From Octopus sinensis (taxonomy: Eukaryota), in the NCBI RefSeq assembly GCF_006345805.1, contig NC_042999.1, positions 65,472,001 through 65,536,000 on the forward strand: a stretch of 64,000 nucleotides of DNA, read 5' to 3'. Position 1 is the first letter of the stretch; each line of letters starts with the position of its first letter. Of this stretch, positions 53,275 through 64,000 are shown one piece after another. The position numbers were made by a program, and so were the translations under genes. The notes beneath the pieces were generated by a model. It searched no databases and was not told the DNA's origin. It saw only the letters and a list, made by a program, of their open reading frames with translations.

Positions 53275-53545
53275 CTTCTCGAGCCATACCTGACTCATAA
53301 GGGCCGGTTTCCCGGTTTCTTTCGTGGGACGCCGTTCCGTCGCGGGTGAGCTGCAAGATGCAGGAGGAAAGAGTGAGAGAAAGTTGTGGCGAAAGTCAGC
53401 AGAATTTTGCCATTACCTTCTGTCGGAGCCGCGTGGAGCTTAGGTGTTTCGCTCATAAACACACACATCGCCCGATCTGAGATTCGAACCCGCGATCCCT
53501 AGACCGCGAATCCGCTACTCTAACCACTGGGCCATGTGCCTCCAA
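53275..53545 (-). mobile_element. SINE family C
   Basis: Homology to 22731-23035. Confidence 0.85.
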
Positions 53546-53754
53546 TTATTATATATATACGAATATTAAATCGATTTATATTATAATGTTTATGAAACAT
53601 GCAAATTAAATAAATAAAATTCGAAATCAAATTATGTTGATCTTCTAAATGTATACTAAAAAATAACACTGATGATTTTTCTCGTCGATATGGGTTTTAC
53701 TTATATTAACATTTCATGACTAGCTTTTCAGGAACGTTGGTACTCTCTTAACTA

Positions 53755-55663
53755 TTTATTTTGCGTGCAGGTGTCACCTTTGGTTATTTTCAGTCCCATT
53801 CGATCCTTTAAAGTTATAATGCCACTAAGTTTTCATTAACTAAATTCTAAATTCTTTGAAGCCCTTTGGCTATGAGGTTATCATTGATGACTTGATGGCT
53901 TAGTGGGTAAGGTTTAATGATAAAGAAATATGTTAGGATTGCGTTCGTACTACCAAATTAGCAGACGAACACACTTTGGTATAATATTTTGTAACATGTC
54001 ATAATTAACATTTCGAGATTGTCTATACTTCATTTCTTGAGAAACTGTCACAACGTAATGATTTCAGGTTGACAGCTGCCCACTTTACAAGAATAAATAA
54101 TATTCATAAATGCTTGATACTTTGAATTCAGTTTGTATTAGACTTAGGCTCATGGTATCAAGTTTTCTTTAAGATTATCAGGGAGTTAATGTAAAATATT
54201 TTATATAGTTGTAGGTTCCTGCAATATCTTAAGAAATTCGTGTGCGCGCTTGTCTAGGGTTAAGTTTAGAGAGGTGTTCTTTAAGTCTAGTGTTGGGTAT
54301 AAATCTAATCTTCTGGGAGTAGCCACTAGGAGCTACAGCTTGGTTGTAGTAATTGGCGTAGTTCTTGAAGATTTCCTCAGTGTCGGATAGATCGGTTATT
54401 CTGATGGGTATGCTTTTGATTATACTCTCGAAAATAGATTTACTTTGGCTAGATTCAGAGTTGATGTACTTAAGGTACTGATTAGGTTTGTGATTTGGGA
54501 ATCAGAGGGAAGGATTTAACTCTAATGTAATATCTAGAAAATGTGCTGCATTGTAAGAGTTTTCAAAAGAGATAGATAGGTTGAAGTTGGCGAAGAATTT
54601 ATTTAAGAGTTTTCTATGTTTTTCTAATGCAGATTTTGTTAGGCCTGTTGCAATTAACAATGCATCATCTCTATATACACCTCCTTTGATGTGGGGGAGT
54701 TGTGTGCGGAGTTGTTGAAAGATCTTTGGCCAGAGCGGAGTTAGATGAGTCCATGGTTATATCAGAAATGTTTCTGTAAGTATTGAGGTTAACACGGGAC
54801 CAAAGCTCATTATCGAAGGCAGATAGAATTACATGAATTTCTAAGGAGGTTATGTTGGTTAGGTTTTTAGCTTTAAGGGGGATTGGTGATATGAAAGCGT
54901 AGTAATTGTTTGTCAAATTGTAGGAACGAGGTGTTTTTGTTTTGAAGCTGGTAAAACAAGGTGATGGCCTCGTCTCTGCAGGTCCATAAGTTTACGTTTA
55001 GCTTCTCTATAATAGAAGGCATGATTCTATCTAGTATATTTTTGCTTATTCGTCGTAAATCAGATTTGGTGGGACAAATAAATCTAATAGAGCGTTTGGT
55101 TAAGAAGTCTGTTTTATGGATCTCAAGATCGAAGTATGGTGCTCTTGGGTTGTAGGACTCAGTGCGGTTGTCGACTTCGAGCGCATTTACAAGCATGCAT
55201 TGGTTGGTAATGAGGGTATCCAGTGTTGACTGTGGAGCTACCCTATAGGATTTGTGCAGCTCCTTCCTTATAAATTCAACATATTCTTCGATGGTAAGAG
55301 AGTATAAGTTCCCGGTTTTGTCGGAGAAGACGTGCATCTTGGGTGATAAGGTAATCCTATTGATTGTATTGGAAAGCTGCCATTGGAAAGATTTGTGTAT
55401 AGAAAATTTTAAATTCTTAATCTTGTTAAGGATATCAGTTTCAAATTTATCTAAGTGGAGGTTGTGAGGAGTGTTTTTGTTTAATCTAAGGTTATATTTA
55501 TTATTATTGCTTTCATCTGACTTGCGTCTATTATCATAAAAGAAGACTTTCCATCTCATTCTTCGGATAAGATGAATTGTTTTGCTAGGTAATATTAGGA
55601 GAAAAGTTTTTGAGAGGGAATGGGTATATCCTTGAGTGAGATGCCTAGGAATTGCTTATCCAT
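53755..55663 (-). pseudogene. Decayed Penelope-like element RT (+ probable GIY-YIG), Naiad-like
   Basis: MDKQFLGISLKDIPIP, MRWK, DKTGNLY, FLQFD, GVYRDDAL, HFLDITL, NIIYSCKV motifs; frameshifts. Confidence 0.8.
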
Positions 55664-55906
55664 AGTTAGCAGTACCTATATTGAATGCTCTGCGCTGCAA
55701 TTTATACAAAGTATGGGGGTTTAGTCAGGCAGGTGATCTAAACCACTAAGTACGTCAGGGCTCCAAGTTTATAGTCGAGATAGCATTTATGGAGCCATTG
55801 AAGGTTTCCTATGTAGAAGATATATAACTGATAAAGAGGTGAACAGATGTTAAAGCAAGACAAACATCTCAAGTCATATATATTATTATAATTCGAAAAA
55901 TTCAAA

Positions 55907-55962
55907 GTCTTACAGCTGATTCAGGGATATCCCAGAGCATCGGGTAATCAATCATCGGAGAC
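55907..55962 (-). ncRNA. Degenerate hammerhead upstream of the PLE ORF
   Basis: GUCU-CCGAUGA-..-GAA-UCAGCUGU-A^AGAC; stem I intact; A15.1 and stem II decayed. Confidence 0.5.
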
Positions 55963-56074
55963 AAATAGGGAAAATGAGATGAGGATCGATTAATTAAATG
56001 ACAGAGAGAACAGGAGAAAAGAAATGAGATGAAGAAAGAGGTGGAAAAAGAAGCATAAAACTTCACAGTTCACA

Positions 56075-56440
56075 GGCGTAGGAGTGGCTGTGTGGTAAGT
56101 AGCTTGCTTATGAACCACATGGTTCCGGGTTCAGTCCCACTGCGTGGCACCTTGGGCAAGTGTCTTCTACTATAGCCTCGGGCTGCCCAAATCCTTGTGA
56201 GTGGATTTGATAGACAGAAACTGAAAGAAGCTCGTCGTATATATATATATATGTGTGTGTATGTGCTTGACAACCGATGCTGGTGTGTTTACGTCCCCCT
56301 AACTTAGCGGTTCGGCAAAAGAGACCGATAGGTTAAGTACTAGGCTTACAACGAATAATTCCTGGGGTCGATTTGCTCGACTAAAGGCGGTGCTCCAGCA
56401 TGGTCACAGTCACATAACTGAAACTAGTAAGAGAGTAAAG
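56075..56440 (+). mobile_element. SINE family A
   Basis: Full head and tail. Confidence 0.9.
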
Positions 56441-59319
56441 AGTTCAACTTTCTGATGTTGTAGAAACAGATGCATAAGTCCTTAGGTGCAATCCTTTGTA
56501 AATCCAGAAATAGACGCGAACGTATTAATGTTCAATAACAGAATGGTAGCGGACGTGGCTATTGAATAGTAAATAGAAAGAAAAATAAATAAATAGATAG
56601 AAGAGAGGTAGAGTGAATGAGGGTGTGAATTAAGGATTGGCATTAAGGATAAAATAAAATGTGTATAGGAATTTAGTGTACAAAAATAACCAAGAAGATA
56701 AATGAATAAATATATAAGAGTAAATAAGGAGAGAGGAAGAGGTAAAGGAAGAATACGTAAAAAAGAAAATGAAATAAAGTAAAGGAATTCAAAGAGAATA
56801 GTAGGTGCCAGTGTTATAATTCTATTCTGCAATGGGGATATGGGTGTGTAATTAGTCGTAAATTGAGAAACCAATTAAATGCTAGATTATATAGGAATAA
56901 GAGTTAGAATTAGATATAAGGGGATTAATAAGATTACGATTTAAAATCGCTACACGGCGGTGTGATCTAAAGCAGCATTAGCCGCGAGTCCGAAGTCTTA
57001 AAAAGACTTTGACTCACTGTTGTGGACTCACTGGACAAGCGTGTTTGGTGCTGCCGATATCCAAACAGGAAAAAAAACGTGCGCGTCTTCTTGTTTCTGG
57101 TCTATTTTGTCTTACTATTATATAGCAAGACATAGAAACCGTCCTGGCATCATTGGAGCTACCTGATCCCCGTCACTTGTATAACTCGATAGCCTCAGCT
57201 CCGATTCTTTGATCATGTTGCCCGATTTTTCGAGCTATATTCTTCGTATCCTGTTCTTCTCCCTGTTCTCTTTCGCACTTGCTTAAGTTTCGACTATATT
57301 CGACCCAATATTATTTTAACTATTTGATGTAACCGATCGAACGTGTGAACTCTAGTAGAGAACAGTATCTTCATTTAGTTGCAAAGGTCAGGGATCTGGC
57401 ATGTGATGTAGCGGTGGCGACGCGCCAATATTAATGGTATTAAACGTGTCAGCCAAGATGGCAAAACGAAATTCTATGTCGGTAAAAACATTTTTTAAAT
57501 CTAGTATGAATGATACTGAATCGTTCAGTAAATGATGTCTCTCTTTTTGTGAAAGAAGGAAGAAATTAGTTATCTAGTTTTCTATAGAAATTGCAGGTCA
57601 AACGTTTAAAAACACATTTTAAACGGTTCTCTGTGACTGCACGCGAGTTACTGACGGCTATGTGAATGTATGCAAACATACACACACACGTACGCACACC
57701 TTGACACACGCATATGTAAGTTTTAATCTAACTAACAGTCCATTTATTTTCTCTGTATATATATATATATATGTTCTAAGAGGAGATAATTGGATGTTTC
57801 TAAATCTATACTGCGCGATATTGCTTGGTTATAACTATTCTGCCACGTGTTCTCTGAAAAGTAATGAAATCTGAAATCTCATATTGACCCCTACGTCGTG
57901 TTGCAGATAATTGTATTCCTTTAGGGCAAATATATTATACTTTTATCGATAAGAACTTCTTGATACCTCATCACTTCAAAATCAATTCTCCTCCAGGCTC
58001 TTTTATCTGTCTTTCACTTACTTGTACTTGGAATTGTCAAAAATGATTGCCACCCTTTAACAAATGTGTAAGAAATTAAATTATCTTCATACAACTTTGA
58101 CATATTCTGTCAGATATTTACAAGGGTATTTTTATTCAATAATTCTGGAGAAGATAGGGTGGCTGCAAAGAAGAGCAATTCATAGATATGCTAATAGAAA
58201 ACAATAGTTTGTTTCTTCATGACACTCAGTATAGAATCCTAAATAACATTTTCCATAGATTTTCAAACTTAAATTGAAATAATGATTCTGGCATGGCATG
58301 CAGTAACATGAGAATGAACAGGAATTATTCTGGGAATATTTGCACATGATGAGTAAATTACCAAAAGATGTTTTTTCACGAAAACTCCTTCTGTGTAGCA
58401 TCACGCAAAACATCTCTCTCTCTCTCTCTCTCCGCCTCTCACTTTAGTTCTCTCATTCGTTCTCGTCTTTCTGATTCGCTCTATTCTTTCCTTTTCTGTC
58501 ACCTCATCCTTTTCCCTCAGTCTGCATATCCAGTTCTGATTCTGTTTACGTCTCTGAAGCAGTTGATATAAAGAATTATTTATTGTAACGTAAAGTGGAA
58601 CCGACAAGCAATCAGGCAGGACCGCTTGTGTGTCGTACGGAATAATTTACAGTATTTAACTTCTCTTTAAGTTTTGGGATCAAATCCGACAAGATCAGGA
58701 ATATTGATTTTTCTTCTCTAGGGAGACATAAATAACAATAATACGTAATAGGATGCAGTGAATTCAGCCGATTGTAGAACTTCACTACGAAATTTGAGCT
58801 TTAGCCAAAGAAATTATAAAAATCGTGTCTGAAGGTAAAGAATAAGTGTTCAACAGAAGCTGCATTGTGAGAACCATATCCGGACATATTTTTTCCAATT
58901 CCTTATCGCTAAGTGGGTACCGATTGTACAGGCAGATTCTCATAGTACATCGAAATATGAATATTCTTTCTCACTTCTTTTCAGATGTAATACATTCAAG
59001 CCTTCACTATACAGCGTTTCCTTTTGAAAAGTGGTATGGTATTGTTAGCAGGATAGTTTGGCTGCTAGTTCTAGCATGGGAAGCTACTGTAATGGGGTTT
59101 ACTCATTTATTTGAACAACGCCATTTATAGAGAGTGTTCGGGATTAAATTTAAGGCTTATATGTCTCTTTTTTTTCTGGAACTGCTTGGGGTATATATGA
59201 ACAGCCAACAGCGTTGGAGACCATAAAGGTTATCAATGATTCGCGCTGGGCATCGTGAGAGCTGCTCAATGATTTGGATACACTATAAAGACTAAAAGAT
59301 GTGACATGGACATCTTAAA

Positions 59320-59885
59320 AACCGTGTCCCCACGAAATGTGATGGTTTTGAAGTGAATCTCCAATGAACGTGACCTCATGCCGCCCAACATTTTTGCACC
59401 AGCTCTGAGACTCAATTCAGACGTGTATGTGAAGCTCCGGGAGACAGTGATCCAAACCTGGCTGGATAAGCTTGTTGAGAAGTCGTACATGTTGCAGCAG
59501 GATTCGGTCTCTTCTCATACCGCTGGAAAGTGTCGGAGATTTTCTACGTCTTCAGTGGCAGTGACTTCTGGCCCCCTAATTCCCCCTATTGTAATCCACT
59601 AGATTTCTATGAGTAAAGCACACTTGAGAAAGAGATCAAGGCTGAGCTACTGGCCAATATCAAGGAGGTGCTCTGAGATCCTATCAGCAATACAGTGAGA
59701 AACGCACGTATCAGATGTCGTGGCCCACTTGAGGCCGTGGTAGAATTTGAGGTCGGCCTCTTCGAGGAAATCGTTATCTCCAAATCATAATTTAGTAGAT
59801 ATTTTCTTATTTTTAGAAATACTTTAATTTTAGTTGAGATATTTTGTCTTATTTTACTTTTATGTAACTTACACTCGAACACGTT
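59320..59885 (+). pseudogene. maT (DD37D)-like transposase remnant
   Basis: MPPNIF..LRLNSDVY, LQQDS..SH, FWPPNSPYCNPLDFY motifs. Confidence 0.75.
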
Positions 59886-59968
59886 TTACATTTTAACGTT
59901 GAGACTAGATATACAGAGGATCATGCAAACTCAATATTCTCCGTTCTCAATGTCTCAGGTTTCATATA

Positions 59969-60524
59969 CGTGGTCTAATCAATAAGTATCCGGACGGTTG
60001 CTATACTAACGAATCTAATAGTCCCTTGTGAGTAGTAAAGAAATATATACTAACGAATCTAAAGCACACTGTATAAAGCAGTTTGGCACAGATTGACCTT
60101 AAACTTGGTTGAGCATGCGCTCTAAGTTTTAACGTTCTATTTCACTTCCGCTGATTGCAGCAGTGCTTCGGAGGAACGTATGTAGCGTGTGATTGCCACA
60201 TTGACCATAAGAGAAGAATTTGAGCAGAGAATCTGAATCAATTCTTACCAAAAGCATAGCGATGCCTGCTAAGAGACCTACGCAGAGATTTCAAAAATTT
60301 TCACCTGCAACTTTTCGTAGCCCTCTGTCATGGTAAATGTGACGATCACACACTACGACCTTCCTTCCAAGCTCTTCTGTTAACCGCAAAAGTGAGCTAG
60401 AGCGTTAAAAGTTTGTGCGCTTGCAGAGCAGTGAGTAAAGTTAATCTGTACCAACCGGCTGTACTTTGCGTAGTTTACCTTCGTTACTGTAGCAACAGTC
60501 CGGATACTTATTGATCTGATCACG
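59969..60524. mobile_element. Mariner-derived MITE
   Basis: ~45-bp imperfect TIRs containing ATCAATAAGTATCCGGAC; TA TSD. Confidence 0.85.
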
Positions 60525-61314
60525 TAAATATAATAATAAATTACTCGTTCATAGAAAGATTTACAAAATATTTTTTCTGATCATAAGCTGATGAGAGAGA
60601 ATTGCTACTCATTGGTAAGCCTCTGAAAATAACAACTAATTTTTTCTCAAGTTGATCTCGATTCGATTTGACCTCAGAGCACAAAGGGACGGAACAAATG
60701 CGGCAAAAGAATTTTTTCAATGTTCTAACAATTCCGCCAGTACCCACGATTTGTATCCGATTTAAAAACAAAATCACATTGGTTGGCTCTAAATACAATA
60801 TCACTTTGGTCTCAGAGAAGGTTAATTCTTTGCCGATAATATCTCGAGAAAGATGGAATCTACTGTATCTGATTCCTTCTTTTATTTGTGAAGCTCATGA
60901 CGGAATAAAAATGGCTTTTAGGATTTTCCAATGTAGTTAATGTTTAATTAGTTACCACTAGCAACGATGATGCTATCAACTGAAATAAGTATGACAGCTG
61001 ATTCATCAATTCGTAACATATCTAGAGAGGTTTCATCAACTAATCTGTTGTTACTGATAAATCATATTTGCATTTATTCTACAAATTTTTCTCATATATC
61101 ATCACGCTGCTGGCCTGTTTCATATTTTTTCAGTTATCGGAAACCTGAAAAAAAATTTGAGAAGCATAAGCTCTTAATAAATAAATAAATAAATGTTGTA
61201 TAGTGAATCTGTATAGCCCACCCGGTAAAAATAGACAAGTAGCCGGTCGTCAAGAGAAGATTGGGAGTACGTGTAGACTGTTAATAGTCGTGTCTGTGCA
61301 GATATAGAAATTAT

Positions 61315-61530
61315 AGGGAGAGTTTACGAAAACAAAAAAAAAAAACAACAACAAAAGACGAAGACAGGTGGTGTACAAAACAAACAGATGTATTAGTATA
61401 ACGCTCAGGAATAGAAAAAGTCTTTTTACGTTTCGAGCCTACGCTCTTCTACAGAAAGGGATATAGAAAAAAAAAACAAGGGGAGAAACAAGGAGAGAAA
61501 AAAATATGTGTAGTGGTTAACGGACGTCAT
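61315..61530 (-). mobile_element. pLTR-like repeat with U6 hammerhead variant (61422-61458)
   Basis: Minus strand CUUU-CUGUAGA-A-GAGC(GUAG)GCUC-GAA-ACGU-A^AAA; homologous to 20644-20862. Confidence 0.65.
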
Positions 61531-61661
61531 AACGATCCAACCATTTGAAGATAATAACACTTCGCACAATGCCAGATAGAAACATTCTATCGACGACTTC
61601 GGAATATAACAATATCTGTAAGCGCGACAACCGTCATCAAAAGACAGATACAACAGTAGCA

Positions 61662-61840
61662 GTGGAGGCGCAATGGTCCAGTGGTTAGGGCAGCGGACTC
61701 GCGGTCGTAAGAACGCGGTTTCGATTCCCATACCGGGCATTGTGAGTGTTTATTGAGCAAAAAAACCTAAGCTCCACGAAGCTCCGGCGGGGGAGGGTGG
61801 TGAACCCCGCTGTACTTATTCACCACAACTTTCTCTCACA
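61662..61840 (+). mobile_element. SINE family C, 5' half
   Basis: TGGAGGCGCAATGGTCCAGTGG...TTCGATTCCC. Confidence 0.85.
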
Positions 61841-62627
61841 AAGAATAGGAACCATGGTGTAACCCACTATGATGTGGTAAACTTTCAGACTCAATCTAGA
61901 TTGCGAATCCTCTGTACCCCAGGATGGTTCAGCTCTCTACCCGTTAAACTCTACCGTTTACGAAATGAGGATGATAACGTAGCTTTCGCGCCAGTGCAAC
62001 CGCCAGTCTATCGTGTGTGGTGGGTGGATCTTCAAGTTGCCACACGCATCCTAAGTGGCTTAGAGTAAGCTCGAATTAGAGATTATTCTTTGTGGCTAAT
62101 GGCGTGAATCCTGATTAGAAGAAGTAGAAATAAGGCCAGATTATTTGAGGGAAGAAGTTAAATCATAAACTCCAGTATTTGGCCGGTACTTACTGTCTCC
62201 GAAGGAATGAAATGTAAAGATGGCGACGGCGAGATTTTCAAATCGGAAATTAAATAGACGGTGGAAACATTGCAAAGAATTTCTATTTTAGCTAAACTTC
62301 TCTAATTTTTCTTTTATATTCAACCAAACCGCTATTAACTACACCGGTAAACGGTTATTCCCTATCTTTGTATATCTCACTACCGGCAAGTCTCAGGTCT
62401 CTGGCTGTGAATACACGCTTTTTATAACGCCCAGGGAATACCGCAGAAAATTTACAATTTTTTGCCTTTCAACGATACGTTTACATTATGTAGATTTGCA
62501 CACACACACATCACACCACACCACACAAACACACACATGTGTGTGTGTGTATTTATATACATGTATGTATATACGTGTGTATATATGTGTATATTTATAA
62601 AATCTGAAAACGACTAAAATTCGATTA

Positions 62628-62800
62628 TAATCTTTTCTGCGCTGGGCACAAGGCCTGAAGTTTTGGGGGAGGGGGCGGTGGATTAGATGGATCCCAGTAC
62701 GCAATGGCACTTCGTTTATCGACGCTGAAAGGATGAAAGGTGCAGTCGACAGCGGCGGAGTTTGAACTCAGAGCGTAAAGACAAACGAAATACTGCTAAA
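62628..62800 (-). mobile_element. SINE family B with the 'CAGGCCTTGTG' tail
   Basis: GGCACAAGGCCTGAAG...GAAAGGATGAAAGG...TTTGAACTCAG. Confidence 0.75.
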
Positions 62801-64000
62801 CTGAAACTCCTTGACTGAGTTTGATATTACAGAACTGCAAGAATTCCCTTAGTTTTCGGAATTTAAAATATGCTGAAAATCTGTTGTTGAGCGTCACTAT
62901 CTCTCCAGTGTTCAATAACAAATGCTACAGTTATCTCAATATTATCAAAAATATTGTTTAAGCTAGTATATATGAGTAAATCTACTTTCAGATTTGGTCG
63001 CGCATTATTAATATGTGAATTTAAGTACTATTTTCTTTTAGATAATTCTCCAGACGCAATGTCTAGATATCGGTTAATCTATATATTAAGATGATATGTT
63101 TTTTATTGCTTCTGAAAAATATTTTTTGCTAGATAGTAATTTGTAGCTATTTCATATTAGATGTGTATTTAGAAAAAGTAATTACTGTCTGAAAATGAAA
63201 AGATTCATTTGAACTGCTTCTCCTCAGCTTTCACATATTTCTTTATAGTTTTGTCACAGGAAAAATAATATCTATGACGTTTTACGTAGGACCGCCAAGA
63301 ACGGTGGTGGATAAAAAAAAGGGAAGAAATACATGCCAAATTCTATACAGAAGCCAAAAACCTTGTCCGGCTGCTTGTCGCAGAGTGGACTATGTTAAAG
63401 TCATCCAGAATCGTAAAGTAGTGCTAAACCGAATTTGCGGCTTCCTCTGTCTCCCAAGAATATTTACATTTCATCATATGTACTTTTGTTTAACTTTCAC
63501 TCGCAAGGTTTCTATATAAATATAGCTACATCGCCGAATGTCACATCGTGTTGGATTGAACATGAAATCATATGACAGAAGCGAAGATGCTTTCACATGT
63601 TGCTATATATACACCTATATTTAATACTTCTTGTTTGGAAACAGCCTGTATGTAATGGGAGCAAATTAAAAACGCATAAATGTTGTGAATAATATTTATT
63701 GTATAAATAGGTTTGATGAAGTAATTACCAAAGGTTTCGTTTATAATACATTGATTTTATTCTGTAGTACAACCAAATAATTTAAACATATAATTAAGTA
63801 AATTATTAATTAATTATGTGTATTGCTATACTGCATTCTTAAAGTAGAAAATATTTTTTACTCAGTACAATACAGGAAGATACTAACAGAGTGTTTTTAG
63901 GCTCTTCATAATTTTATTTGTTAGTTAAATTATTTATGTAATAGCTCCGTTAATATTCAGCGTTGGTGTCATTAGCAGATTACTCAGTGATGTGTGGTTT

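Overview
AT-rich, repeat-dense eukaryotic (animal) non-coding DNA. The SINE families and microsatellite load look like octopus/cephalopod sequence, which is an inference from repeat recognition only. No intact host gene is supported, and most listed ORFs are microsatellite translations. The window holds nested tRNA-derived SINEs (three families), decayed LINEs (R4/Dong, Tx1/L1-like, RTE), a decayed Penelope-like element, a Gypsy LTR-gag remnant, Tc1/mariner remnants and MITEs, a hAT MITE and a Helitron. The main result is about a dozen type I hammerhead ribozyme (HHR) motifs, folded by eye, in at least seven unrelated non-coding repeat families. Most sit in or beside (TA)n and several are arranged head-to-head. 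The best case is a young ~485-nt HHR-bearing, highly structured unit in tandem plus inverted arrangement (15597-17113), a retrozyme/circular-RNA candidate. Others carry non-canonical cores (G3-C8 swap, U6, C4). Repeat boundaries are approximate unless TSDs or TIRs are quoted, and no database search or folding program was run.
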